From positions 1 through 35,640 of IMG/VR virus record IMGVR_UViG_3300047484_000003: a stretch of DNA of 35,640 bases. One strand, 5' to 3'. A program made the translations under genes and the position numbers. Below, piece after piece: positions 26,001 through 35,023 of this stretch. This DNA is from a virus. Its lineage: Duplodnaviria > Caudoviricetes. The notes under the pieces were generated by a model. The model did not search any database, was not told the origin of the DNA, and worked only from the letters and a program-made list of their open reading frames with translations. How positions within the stretch are numbered: position 1 is the first letter of the stretch; each line of letters opens with the position of its first letter.

Positions 26001-29000
26001 GGTGCTACGTTCACATGGCAGGGCAAGACGTATGTGGCTTCTTCAGCAGAAGAGCGGCCTGATCTTACTGCTGCGGGCATGGCGGCTAAGGCCATGCAAG
26101 GTGATCCGCAATTTCAGGTGGCGCTCTCAGAGACCGCCTTGCAAAACCAGCGCGGCATCTCCCAAGTGCTTTCTGACTACTCGCAAAAGGGTGGTGACTT
26201 AACACGAGAAAGCGCAATAGACCGTCTCGAAAAGCTTGGCGTAACCAAGGATCAGGCCTCGTTCTTCCTTGACCAGAAAGACGGCAAGATCCCATACACA
26301 TTTGATCAATTTAAGTCAGCAGTACCAACGGCTGATGCTGATTCCTATCGGGCTTACGTTGTCGCCTTTAATGAGTTAAAAAATAAAGGCGCACCAACTT
26401 CATTGATTGACATTTCGGGTTATGCCGCAAGCGGCGCAAGGCCAAACATGCCAGCGCTTATCAATGGCATTTCAACTGCCTTTGGCATGGGGGCAGAAGC
26501 CGCAGGCAACACCCTAAAAGCCTTCGGTACGATGGGTGAGGCCTTAGGCCTTAACACGGCGCAGATGTCGGATTTTGGGCGGAAGCTAGAAAACATCGCG
26601 CAGGAAATGTATCCGCAGGCGTTAATCAATAGTGAGAACGAGGTCAAAGCAAGAATTGCAAGTGCCACGAATGGCAAAGAATTAGGCCGGGCAATTTTTA
26701 ATTCGGTCATTAACAATCCGGGTGCCGTGCTCAAAATGGTCGGGGTTGAAGGTATTCAGGAAGCGCCGAATATTGTGTTGGCGTTAACCACTGGTGGCGC
26801 TTATGGTGCGGTGCGGTATGCGGGCCTTCTTGCTGGCTTAGGCTTGGATGTTATTGAGTCCGCAGGCTTGCAAGGCGCTCAAAAGGTTGATGAAGGTCTA
26901 GCCAAGGGTCTCTCGCGCACAGCCGCAGTAAAGTCTGCGGTAGACGATATGCGAACCGCTGGCGTCACAACGGCGCTTATGACTGCTGCAGCAGACAAGA
27001 TTCCCTTTGGCGGCACCATAGCGAAAACCATCATCAAAGGCTCGGCATCAGAGGGCGCAGAAGAGTATGTGATCGCCAGGGCTACAGGCGCAGATCATAT
27101 GTCTGCTCTTCGACAGGCAGCGTTTGGCGCATTGATTGGCGGTCCAACGGAAGCTTCGTTGCAAGGTGCTGGCAATCTAACGAGCGTTGTTATCAATGGC
27201 GACGCCATGGTTGGCACTTATGCTGACGGCACGAAGGTAACGATTGCTGAGCCTTCAGGCGCGACAGAACTCAAGATTGATGTGACTACGCCATCAGTGG
27301 TGACCAGCAATGTCACATCCACGCTTACATCAGACCTTACGAGCGGCGTTGATCTCAATACGGCTATAAACAACGTCGTCACGGTTAATGCTGGCTCTGA
27401 CCTGTCTGGAACTATTGATAGCACTGTCAAGGTTCTGGTTGATAACAACGTAGACTTGACCCAAGGTGTGAGCGATTTAACGTCTGCAGCCGCATCAACT
27501 ACTGGCGACACGACGACGGTTGTCAACCAGGTTGTTAGTTCGCTTGCAAGCAATAATGTTGACCTAAATGCCAACGCTGGATCAGTCGTTACAGGTGCAG
27601 TGGCCGGTGGATCTTCTGTAACGACTGCAGTTAAAGATACGCTCACTGCGATTACAAACAACGGCGGTACGGCAAGTGGCGCGGCCACGTCAATCATTGA
27701 TGCTGTATCCAATCAAACAAGCGGCGATGCAAGCGCAGTAACGGATGCGGCTAGTACCATCATTGCTAGTTCTAATGGCGATAAGGCCACGACAGTCACG
27801 GCCATTACAGCAGCGGCAAATGCAACGGGCGGCAGTGCAGAGGTAGTCAGCAGCCTTGTCGGTGACGCGGCAAAGACAGGCAATACAGATACGACAGCAG
27901 CAGCGGTTGACGCGGCCATCACAGCAACCAATGGCGCAGCCTTAGATGCAACCGTTACATCAGCACTCAACAATGGTGCAAACGCTGAAACCGTGCTGTC
28001 TACAGCAGCGAATACCTTGGTCACCACGGTTAATGACACGGCATCGGCTGTGACCAATGTATTGAACGCAGCCACATCAAACAATGTTGATGCCAATGCG
28101 GCAGTATCTAGTGTGGTTACGGGCGCAGTTGCTGGTGGTGGCGATACGAGTACCGTGGTGACGGCTGCAGTAGACACGGTTATAGCTCAAGGTGGCGATG
28201 TAAATGATGCAGCAAGTGCCGCAGTGGATTCTGTTGTTAAAGCAGGCGGCGATACTGATGCTGCAGTAACGGCTGCAGTGGATTCTGTTGTTAAAGCGGG
28301 CGGGGACGTTAACGCTGCAGTAACTACAGCAGTTGATACAGTAATCAAAGCGGGTGGTGATACTGGTGCTGCAGTAACTGGAGCAGTAACTGCAGTAGTT
28401 AATTCAAACGGGGATGTTAATACTGCAGTAACGGCTGCAGTTGATACAGTAATTAAAGCAGGTGGTGATACTGATGCTGCAGTAGGTTCAGCGGTAACGG
28501 CAGCCGTTGATGCCGGCGCGGATACGAGTGCCGTTGTGACGGCTGCGGTGGATTCTGTTGTTAATTCAAACGGGGACGTTAATGCTGCAGTAACGGCTGC
28601 AGTAGACGCAGTAATCAAAGCAGGTGGTGATACTGATGCTGCAGTAACGGCTGCAGTAGACACGGTTATAGCTCAAGGTGGCGATACTGGTGCTGCAGTA
28701 ACTGGAGCAGTAACTGCAGTAGTTAATTCAAACGGGGATGTTAACGCTGCAGTAACTACAGCAGTTGATACAGTAATTAAAGCAAGTGGTGACGTTAATG
28801 CTGCAGTAACTGGGGCAGTAACTGCAGCCGTTGATGCTGGTGTAGACGCCAATGCGGCAGTCACGTCAGCGGTAACGTCGGCAGTCACGTCAGGCGGGGA
28901 TACGAATACCGCAGTTAGTTCCGCGGTAACGTCAGCCGTCACATCAGGCACAGACGCTGCGGCAGCAATTACGAGCGGAGTCACGGCGGCCATTGACGCA

Positions 29001-30452
29001 GGCGCGGCTACTGACACGGCGGTGAGCGGTGCTATTGATGGCGCAGTCGCAGCAGGTGTGAATACCAATGACGCAACGAATGCGTCTGTCGGCACGGCGA
29101 TTGTTAGTGCCGTGATCTCCGGCGGTGACGCCAACACATCTATTACCGATGCGGTGTCGGGGGCGGTATCAACTGATGCCGCGAATACTGTTGGCGGAAA
29201 TACTACCTTGCTAGCTGCAGCCGATACAGCCTTATCGACGGCGGCGGTTACCAACCTTGATACCAATCAAGTGGTCACATCCGTGATTGAAGGCGCAGTC
29301 AAGGGCGGTGTAGATACTGCTACGGCCATATCGAGCACGGTTGTTACAGCAGTCAATCAGGGCAATGATGCCGACGCAATAGTCGCAACCGTCACGAGTT
29401 CAAACCCGAATGCGTCAGTGGATGTGAATACGACTGATACGAGTACGACGGTCACCACGCAAGACAACAATATCACCTCGTCGGTAACGATTGACAACAC
29501 GACGGGCGTGACTACCACTGTGAACGTGGATGCCAATACCAACACGGCCACCGTAACTGAGGTGGATACAAGCTCGGGCACGACAACGCAGACAACGATT
29601 ACGTCGGATGGCAATGTCACGACCAATACAAACTTGCATGTCGTACCGCCTGATCTGACGACAGATCAATCAACTGAGAGGCCTGGAAGCTACCCGGAAC
29701 CTACAACAACGAGCACACCGACAGGAACTACAGTAACGACGCCTGAAGTTGCAGCGCCAACGGTAACTGCTCCAACAGTAACTGCTCCTACAGTAACGAC
29801 GCCTGAACCAACAACCAAAACAACGACACCCAAGACGGCAGCGCCTTCAGCAGCAGGTGCTGGAATGCTTGCCGCGGGCATGATTTCTGGGCGAAAATCG
29901 CCAGAGGATTGGTTGGGAGGAAAACTCTTACAATCCAAGGAATTAGGCAAGTATTATGACCCGCTAGCTGGGGTGTTTGATACGCGATTGCCCGTTGTTC
30001 CAGAAACGCCAGTAACGCCTCAAGAGGAAGAAATGCGCTTACCTTACTACACCTACGGTCAAGAGCCGTCCTTCGATGAGATCTTTGGCGAGATCCCTGT
30101 GGGCGTTGAAGAAACTGAGGAAGAACCTGTTTACCGCATGGGCGGTCAGGTGATGAACCCGCAGTTCATGTATGCCAAGGGCGGATTATCACGCGAAGAC
30201 TTCCGTGAAGGTAAGCATGTCTCTGGGCCAGGGGATGGTCAATCGGATGACATTCCTGCCATGCTGGCCGATGGTGAATTTGTCTTCCCTGCTGATGTGG
30301 TTGCAGCGCTTGGTAATGGCTCGACCAAGGCAGGGACAGAAAAGCTTTATGAAATGATGCATGCCATTCGTGCGCGTGCAAGATCCAACAAGCCTAAAGA
30401 CTTGCCGCCACCGGCACTCAAAAGCCCGTTGGATTATTTGAAGAAACGATAG
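23034..30452 (+). CDS. Giant mosaic internal virion protein (~2472 aa): SGNH hydrolase domain, helical repeats, 18-aa repeat array, Thr/Pro-rich linker, C-terminal GPGDGQSDDIPAMLADGEFV domain
   Basis: Uninterrupted ORF; ATG at 23034 after AAGGA; GDSL and DGLHP motifs; first gene of the ejection-protein block. Confidence 0.8.
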   Translation: MALYQSLASETHDPYGQEYLAPGTISSLAKIYAPSMNRDAAVKTLLLLGGRQADVDAAVQGLYFQGETPPAASPTGALSTATAAPSAANVTGALSTPTSVTQAFVPPDQWGVAGGAYDTPEEKINYFNQYNVTPEALLAAGVSQGDIDWMRGYQSAPYTVGLPKAGALSTATNAAQAVANTASSRTNTSGGNIAILGDSLSSTLGYDASGNSIGSLTDVLGSGFSNISRGGMTTTEALTGIKPEALSGNTEDSAFATTGGTFQSFLDSSHPGTVLLRYGAADAAILRDPAQTLTNLETMIQMSNQAGSKPVLVGIPPVATSGDPRHGGLYGNYFDFMPPLVQQINQGMQALASKYGLQYIDLSGVQIPEGGLLDGLHPNAETGALIANEIKNQLASTPTSAQTVGTSAAPTAGGLSGLSTVTGATGADTTTAGATTSMSVPTTTSGLSSLDKSAAIANANLPEETEAVTGVKPRTTDDFRASTTAAENYLMAVDPNIKSAFFKPGSSDRYTGTFVNTYKVVDGKMVPVEANSQNVGDENTVFMVGGAPSGDYAGQQRVSQAYIMKNGVLTPIGTPQNYTAPEDTPFFREFLIQGVLPMALAAAGGLGFTEVLGGALSGGALAGSSAAALGSGALNFGAQILAGRDPVDALKGSVLSAGAGMVANQVGSMLPPEMAAVGKQAITQLITTGKINPIALATSAGLAYASDTLAAETGLDKATAGKLVNAGYQLFQGNELGALSTLIQPTGTSSTGATSSAGTGDVIDEYNVVSGGLSTSANPAEDELIARQQRVTAANQAISDYLGPGNDLSREGLVSQLQSLGFSAADSENYAKQADAQINQQRVGADVMNRYSRIDPEFGTPGLDRQTAVAEMVAAGFSDARANELLNGIDAQNAIKLENKLSVQSAYRDFIAGTGTEDQLRSALTSAGYNDAAINDLVMRGRGVIEGQKLTAGEGAQERAATLPDIRAEVAAKPTFSEAYALAREKLGAGATFTWQGKTYVASSAEERPDLTAAGMAAKAMQGDPQFQVALSETALQNQRGISQVLSDYSQKGGDLTRESAIDRLEKLGVTKDQASFFLDQKDGKIPYTFDQFKSAVPTADADSYRAYVVAFNELKNKGAPTSLIDISGYAASGARPNMPALINGISTAFGMGAEAAGNTLKAFGTMGEALGLNTAQMSDFGRKLENIAQEMYPQALINSENEVKARIASATNGKELGRAIFNSVINNPGAVLKMVGVEGIQEAPNIVLALTTGGAYGAVRYAGLLAGLGLDVIESAGLQGAQKVDEGLAKGLSRTAAVKSAVDDMRTAGVTTALMTAAADKIPFGGTIAKTIIKGSASEGAEEYVIARATGADHMSALRQAAFGALIGGPTEASLQGAGNLTSVVINGDAMVGTYADGTKVTIAEPSGATELKIDVTTPSVVTSNVTSTLTSDLTSGVDLNTAINNVVTVNAGSDLSGTIDSTVKVLVDNNVDLTQGVSDLTSAAASTTGDTTTVVNQVVSSLASNNVDLNANAGSVVTGAVAGGSSVTTAVKDTLTAITNNGGTASGAATSIIDAVSNQTSGDASAVTDAASTIIASSNGDKATTVTAITAAANATGGSAEVVSSLVGDAAKTGNTDTTAAAVDAAITATNGAALDATVTSALNNGANAETVLSTAANTLVTTVNDTASAVTNVLNAATSNNVDANAAVSSVVTGAVAGGGDTSTVVTAAVDTVIAQGGDVNDAASAAVDSVVKAGGDTDAAVTAAVDSVVKAGGDVNAAVTTAVDTVIKAGGDTGAAVTGAVTAVVNSNGDVNTAVTAAVDTVIKAGGDTDAAVGSAVTAAVDAGADTSAVVTAAVDSVVNSNGDVNAAVTAAVDAVIKAGGDTDAAVTAAVDTVIAQGGDTGAAVTGAVTAVVNSNGDVNAAVTTAVDTVIKASGDVNAAVTGAVTAAVDAGVDANAAVTSAVTSAVTSGGDTNTAVSSAVTSAVTSGTDAAAAITSGVTAAIDAGAATDTAVSGAIDGAVAAGVNTNDATNASVGTAIVSAVISGGDANTSITDAVSGAVSTDAANTVGGNTTLLAAADTALSTAAVTNLDTNQVVTSVIEGAVKGGVDTATAISSTVVTAVNQGNDADAIVATVTSSNPNASVDVNTTDTSTTVTTQDNNITSSVTIDNTTGVTTTVNVDANTNTATVTEVDTSSGTTTQTTITSDGNVTTNTNLHVVPPDLTTDQSTERPGSYPEPTTTSTPTGTTVTTPEVAAPTVTAPTVTAPTVTTPEPTTKTTTPKTAAPSAAGAGMLAAGMISGRKSPEDWLGGKLLQSKELGKYYDPLAGVFDTRLPVVPETPVTPQEEEMRLPYYTYGQEPSFDEIFGEIPVGVEETEEEPVYRMGGQVMNPQFMYAKGGLSREDFREGKHVSGPGDGQSDDIPAMLADGEFVFPADVVAALGNGSTKAGTEKLYEMMHAIRARARSNKPKDLPPPALKSPLDYLKKR
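28137..29054 (+). repeat. Coding tandem array, about 17 x 54 bp (18 aa; consensus GGDxxAAVTxAVDxVxxA)
   Basis: Exact DNA duplications at multiples of 54 bp: 28359-28420 = 28683-28744 (offset 324) and 28161-28199 = 28647-28685 (offset 486). Confidence 0.9.
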
Positions 30453-30461
30453 GAGCGCATC

Positions 30462-31475
30462 ATGTCGCTATTTCAAGGTTCCGCACCAGATCCCGTCGAG
30501 TTACAAAAGAGTTCAGTAACCAAGACGCCTGAGTATCTAACCAATTATCTGACGGGTTTATCGCAAGCAGGCATGGGTGCGCTGGGCACGGTAACGCCCG
30601 GCACGGCAGCGACAGATACAGCGCCTGGCACACCGCCAACTGTCACGCCTTTTACTGGCCAGCAGTTGATCGCTGCAAGGCCGGATTTCTATCAAAACCT
30701 GATGTCGCCTGGTGCAGGAACCCTTCCGCAACTATCCGACCTTACTCGGTATCAAACAGCAGCAGATGATGCCTCACGGATTGGTGGCTTGGCCGAGGGT
30801 ATTGAGGCAGCAGACATCTCAAAGTTCTACGACCCATATCAACAAGGCGTGGTCGATGAATTGGCCAGACAGTCCGCCTTAAATGTGCAGCGCAACCTGT
30901 TACCGTCCTTGCGCGGTGCGTTTGCTGGCCAGGGAGCCTTTGGTAGCCAACGCTATGCCGGCGCAACAGGACAGGCTTTAGGGGACGTTCAGGCGGCATT
31001 ACTTGGCAAGCAAGCTGAAACCATGTCAGCAGGTTATAAGCAGGCCTTAGAGGCAGCGCTACGCGAGCAGGCAACGCAGCAGGGCCTAGTAGGTGGATTA
31101 AGCTCATTGGCTAATGTTGAGTCAGGCGCGGCACCAGCAGCGATCAAGCAACTGGCAGACATCGGCAAAGAAGGGCTGGCTTACGAGCAGTCAATCCTTG
31201 AAGCGCCACTTAAGCGTGCTCAGAATGTGGCTGAAATCATGCGCGGCTACACTTATCCAACGTCACTGGAAGAAACGAAGGAAGAGTTGCCGACGCAGCT
31301 TAGTCCATCCGTTATGTCACAAATTGCTGGCCTTGGCACACTTGTTGGTGCGGCCTTTCCGAAAGGTGGCGGTGGCCTTGGCGATATTATTAAGGACATC
31401 TTTAAGACGGTGCCGGGCAGCACGGATGGTACTGACACAACAGTATTGAGTGACCTCGCAGACTTTGGTGGTTAA
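30462..31475 (+). CDS. Putative DNA ejection / pilot protein
   Basis: AGGAG RBS; Ala/Gln/Gly-rich helical; FYDPYQQGVVD...GAFGSQR; hydrophobic Gly-rich C-terminal segment. Confidence 0.6.
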   Translation: MSLFQGSAPDPVELQKSSVTKTPEYLTNYLTGLSQAGMGALGTVTPGTAATDTAPGTPPTVTPFTGQQLIAARPDFYQNLMSPGAGTLPQLSDLTRYQTAADDASRIGGLAEGIEAADISKFYDPYQQGVVDELARQSALNVQRNLLPSLRGAFAGQGAFGSQRYAGATGQALGDVQAALLGKQAETMSAGYKQALEAALREQATQQGLVGGLSSLANVESGAAPAAIKQLADIGKEGLAYEQSILEAPLKRAQNVAEIMRGYTYPTSLEETKEELPTQLSPSVMSQIAGLGTLVGAAFPKGGGGLGDIIKDIFKTVPGSTDGTDTTVLSDLADFGG

Positions 31476-31476
31476 C

Positions 31477-33021
31477 ATGACTACACCCAGAAGCGGTCTT
31501 GCCAATCTGCCTGTTAGCTACTTTGGTCAATCGACTGAAGAGCAGACCAAGATTGAGGATCTGCAGCGTATCCAGCAAGAGTTAAGAGATGCCCTGCAGA
31601 ACCGGCAGCAGTTGTTTGATCCAGTGCTTCTCGCTATGGCACAAGGGTTCTTAGCGCCTACCAGGACAGGATCGTTTGGTGAATCATTAGCCAACGTCGC
31701 TGAGAAGGTTGGACCTGCGCAAGCCACCGCAGAAAAGCAGCGCCTTGAGCGATTAGGCATGGAGCGTGAATTAGCTGCGGCTGACTTAGCCCTGACCCAA
31801 GCCGCTGAGATGGATAAGCGCATCCTTCCCAAGTTAACGGGTGCCACTCTTCCAAAACCTGCAGAACCTGGCAAACCTGCAGAACCTGCTGCAGAACCCG
31901 CGGTTCAGGTCGGAGCACCTCAGGCCCCTCGTGCAGAGCCAAAGGCTGAAGTCTTGCCACCCTCAGCACAAAAGACTGGATTAAATAGTCTGACTGATCA
32001 AGACTTAGTCATGATGTCGCGCAATCCGCGTTACGCACAAACAGCAGAATTTATACGCAAGCTGCGTGAAGACGAGCGGCAGGATCTTGCGTTTGTTGAT
32101 GGCATATTATTGCGCAAAAGTGATGGGAAAATTATTGCCGACCTTCGCCAGGATAAGCCTGATGTCTTCCCGACTCATATGGGAGACATGCGGATGACGC
32201 CAAGACAATTTGCAAGGTATGAAAAGGCTTTAAGCGAAGGTGGCAAAGACGCTGCTGATAAATTCCTCACAGGCCTTGGCTTACGCACAGTAGCCCAGCA
32301 GGCAGCAGCGGCCAAGGGCGAAGAAACATCCGCAACAGAAACGGCTAAGGCAGAAGTTGGCCGCACGCAGCAAGCGATTGAGCAAGGTGATGTCACTAGT
32401 CGCATGTCTCAATATCGCCTGCTTCAAACGATTGCTAGTGGCAAGGATGCAAGTCAGATCTTCGGTATTCTGAATCGACCTACCGTAGGGGCCGCTATCA
32501 CAAGGCTAGTCAATGATGGTATTCGAGCAGACTCTAAGACTATCCAGCTTGGTTCCCTTGCTGATGCCCTGCGGAATGTTGGCTTAGAGCAAGAGACGAT
32601 CAACAAATATGAGTTGGCACTCAATACGATGGCCAACATTCAATTGCAGATGGCCAAGCTTGCACAGGGTCAAGGCTCCATTTCTAACTTTGAGCGCGAG
32701 TTGTTTGCCTTGGCAGCAATATCACCGCAGGACAACCCGGCGACTATTTTGCGCAAGGTCCAACTCTTGCAGGCGCGTGCTGAGTTTGATCGAGATCTTG
32801 GCCGGGTGATACGCAAGTCTAAGAAATCGCTTGATGCATTCAAAGACGAGAATGAAGATCAATACAATTCCATGGTGCAAAGCTATTTGGACCGCGTGAG
32901 TCAGATTGCTCAGAGCGTCAATATTCCTTTACCTAAGCCTGGCGCACCAAGACAGCCGGGAGCGGCACCAACCACTGCAGGCCAAGACATTCGTAAGCGC
33001 TTGGGCATAACAACTCCATAA
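31477..33021 (+). CDS. Putative internal virion / ejection protein
   Basis: Helical; LAMAQGFLAPTRTGSFGESL N-terminal and GQGSISNFER C-terminal motifs. ATG at 31477. Confidence 0.6.
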   Translation: MTTPRSGLANLPVSYFGQSTEEQTKIEDLQRIQQELRDALQNRQQLFDPVLLAMAQGFLAPTRTGSFGESLANVAEKVGPAQATAEKQRLERLGMERELAAADLALTQAAEMDKRILPKLTGATLPKPAEPGKPAEPAAEPAVQVGAPQAPRAEPKAEVLPPSAQKTGLNSLTDQDLVMMSRNPRYAQTAEFIRKLREDERQDLAFVDGILLRKSDGKIIADLRQDKPDVFPTHMGDMRMTPRQFARYEKALSEGGKDAADKFLTGLGLRTVAQQAAAAKGEETSATETAKAEVGRTQQAIEQGDVTSRMSQYRLLQTIASGKDASQIFGILNRPTVGAAITRLVNDGIRADSKTIQLGSLADALRNVGLEQETINKYELALNTMANIQLQMAKLAQGQGSISNFERELFALAAISPQDNPATILRKVQLLQARAEFDRDLGRVIRKSKKSLDAFKDENEDQYNSMVQSYLDRVSQIAQSVNIPLPKPGAPRQPGAAPTTAGQDIRKRLGITTP

Positions 33022-33029
33022 GGCATACC

Positions 33030-34394
33030 ATGGAAGATAAAGACATCCTGCCCTTCCTTAATTCGCTCTCGCCAGAGCAGGCTAAGTATGCCGATCTGAT
33101 CGTTACGGAAGCAGAAAAGCGTGGCGTCCCACCAAGATTTGCTTTGGCACTGGCTTGGCAAGAAAGCAAGCTAAATCCGGGTGCCATGGGTACCAAAGAT
33201 GAAGTGGGTCTTATGCAAGTGCGACCAGGCACGGCCAAACAGTATGGCTACGACCCAAAAGAGTTGGCTGATCCGGTTAGAAATATCAGCATCGGTGTTG
33301 ACATTCTGCGTCGGCACTTGGATCGCTACGACAATGATCCGATGTTGGCTGCGATTGCCTACAATGCCGGCCCTGAACTCACTTACTTATCTGATCCGAC
33401 AAAGGGAAAACTGCCAGAGTCCACAGAGAATTATGTCAGAGACATTTATAAGCTTGGCGGCTTTACAGATATGCCGAAACCACCAGGGCAAGAAGATCAA
33501 GGCGACCAGGGCGGCGGCAAGAGTAAAAGCGCCGCTGAAGAGTTTCTGAGTAAGTTTCAGAATCCAGAAGCGAAAGCTCAAGCTTTAACTGATTTGATGG
33601 CTATGGGTGCCGGCGCTGCTGGCGCTAAGGTTGCAGAGGTTGGCTCGGCTACAGCATCAGGCTTGCGTGACGTGCGTGACATCCTAGCTGCACAAGCGGC
33701 TGCTGCTAGGCAAGGAACGCCACCAGCCCCTATCCCTACCGATCCGATGCACACCCGGCAAATGCAGGGCACGACGGATGGTGGTGCAACAGGTAAGGCG
33801 CGACAGACGACGTTTAATACTGCAACGTCACAACAAGCTGCCGCCGCTAAACAGCAAGCAGACATCATGCAGCAATTGCAGCGGCAAGGTGTTATTACGG
33901 GTGATGCCAAGTCTGTGATGGCCAAGGCTCCTGGTTTAACGTCTACACCTTCTGGTGTACTTCTTCCCTCTAGCCAGGTTTATGCAGACATCCCTCCACC
34001 GCAAGGAACGACGCCACCGCAAAGACCTTCCTTAATGCAGCGCACCCAACAGACCACTGCTAATGTTGGCAGGGCTATGGGTCGAGGCATGACGGCACCA
34101 TTCAGGTCACCAATGATGGCAGGTGCTTTGGGCGGTCTTGCTGCAGCAGAGGGCGGGCAAGAAGCCTATACAAGACTGAAAGGCGGGGATGATCCTGGCG
34201 CGGCCATCGCTGGCGCTGGTGCATTGGGCGGACTGGCTACGTTATTCCCTAACCCTGCGGTTAGGGGTGTAGGACTAGCCACGGCAGTTGCCAGTCCGAT
34301 TGCAATGTACCTTTACGATAAGGCCAAGAAGGCACAAGAGACCGGCGCTGGCTTACAGCCTCCCTCTATTTATGCGCCGATGTATTTGAGATAA
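33030..34394 (+). CDS. Virion-associated lytic transglycosylase (N-terminal SLT domain) with Ala/Gly-rich membrane-like tail
   Basis: AWQES, GLMQV, NISIG, AYNAG, ENYV motifs of the GH23 family. Confidence 0.88.
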   Translation: MEDKDILPFLNSLSPEQAKYADLIVTEAEKRGVPPRFALALAWQESKLNPGAMGTKDEVGLMQVRPGTAKQYGYDPKELADPVRNISIGVDILRRHLDRYDNDPMLAAIAYNAGPELTYLSDPTKGKLPESTENYVRDIYKLGGFTDMPKPPGQEDQGDQGGGKSKSAAEEFLSKFQNPEAKAQALTDLMAMGAGAAGAKVAEVGSATASGLRDVRDILAAQAAAARQGTPPAPIPTDPMHTRQMQGTTDGGATGKARQTTFNTATSQQAAAAKQQADIMQQLQRQGVITGDAKSVMAKAPGLTSTPSGVLLPSSQVYADIPPPQGTTPPQRPSLMQRTQQTTANVGRAMGRGMTAPFRSPMMAGALGGLAAAEGGQEAYTRLKGGDDPGAAIAGAGALGGLATLFPNPAVRGVGLATAVASPIAMYLYDKAKKAQETGAGLQPPSIYAPMYLR

Positions 34395-34680
34395 CGCGCT
34401 TCTTGTGGCAATCCTTGCACTCTGAATACCAACCCCCTCTGGAACGCTTGTAATAGCCCTCAGAGGGCTTTGTTTGGCCGCAGGCACTACAGACCTTCAT
34501 ACCCTCCTGGAAGCCTTCCCTGCGCTCAAATAAGCGCTCTGGTGGCCATCCTTGATCTAACCGCCATCGGAGGGTGTAGAAGCTGATTCTTGAGCGCTTG
34601 GCCCACTCTTTGAGGGTAAGTGTTGTCGAGCCGATGGTGACTTCTCGGTTGTCGTAAATCGGCTTTTGCATCGGTTGCAT
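34366..34680 (-). CDS. Small DNA-binding protein: HTH-like module plus Cys4 finger
   Basis: TLKEWAKRSRISFYTLRWRLDQGW and CSAC...CKDC; both module types often accompany HNH endonucleases. Confidence 0.6.
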   Translation of the reverse strand: MQPMQKPIYDNREVTIGSTTLTLKEWAKRSRISFYTLRWRLDQGWPPERLFERREGFQEGMKVCSACGQTKPSEGYYKRSRGGWYSECKDCHKKRVISNTSAHK

Positions 34681-34796
34681 TCTCGCCTCCGTTCCACATA
34701 AAAGTATTTGTTAGTAGGTTCCCAAAAGGTCCTTGATTCAAGGACGATTGTCTTGACTGACAGTCCTGACGGGTCTGTGCAATGTGGGCATAGCAT
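34557..34796 (-). CDS. NrdR N-terminal-like Zn-ribbon protein (no ATP cone)
   Basis: MLCPHC...VLESR...RRRECNRCKSRFTTTE; AAGG RBS. Confidence 0.7.
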   Translation of the reverse strand: MLCPHCTDPSGLSVKTIVLESRTFWEPTNKYFYVERRRECNRCKSRFTTTEKSPSARQHLPSKSGPSAQESASTPSDGG

Positions 34797-34837
34797 CGTT
34801 AAGTGCCTTTCTTAGTTCTAATACGTTCCAAGCCAGA

Positions 34838-35023
34838 TCATGCAAAAGCTGATCGGCAAGTGCTGCATCGGTTTTCATTTGATTCTGCATGGTGTCGTGC
34901 AGGCGTTTGATAATCGCTAGACGCTTGTCGTAGAGCGAAGTCAAGGTCTTCATCCATTTGCTCCGGGTAGTCCACAAGTTGACGCAGCATGCGGTAGCGC
35001 ATCGCATCCAGGTAAATGTCCAT
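34838..35023 (-). CDS. Hypothetical protein
   Basis: DAMRYRMLR resembles the common phage DAxRYRxLR motif; overlaps neighbours heavily. Confidence 0.4.
   Translation of the reverse strand: MDIYLDAMRYRMLRQLVDYPEQMDEDLDFALRQASSDYQTPARHHAESNENRCSTCRSAFA

Noticed and set aside
28137-29054. Regular repeats with many CTGCAG sites, superficially like a CRISPR array
   Set aside because: No constant repeat with unique spacers. The period is 18 codons inside an open frame, and CTGCAG arises from Ala-Ala-Val codons.
27218-29950. Series of long minus-strand ORFs
   Set aside because: Antisense shadows of the Ala/Val/Thr-rich repeat coding strand; no independent start signals seen.
23034-30452. Tape measure protein of a long-tailed phage
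   Set aside because: The C-terminal motif resembles some tape measure proteins, but no tail tube, sheath or tail chaperone genes are recognisable and the context fits internal ejection proteins. Not fully excluded.
34738-35007. 89-aa minus-strand ORF
   Set aside because: Almost fully overlapped by other candidate genes and its start is unclear. The helical C-terminal half may be real but cannot be supported here.
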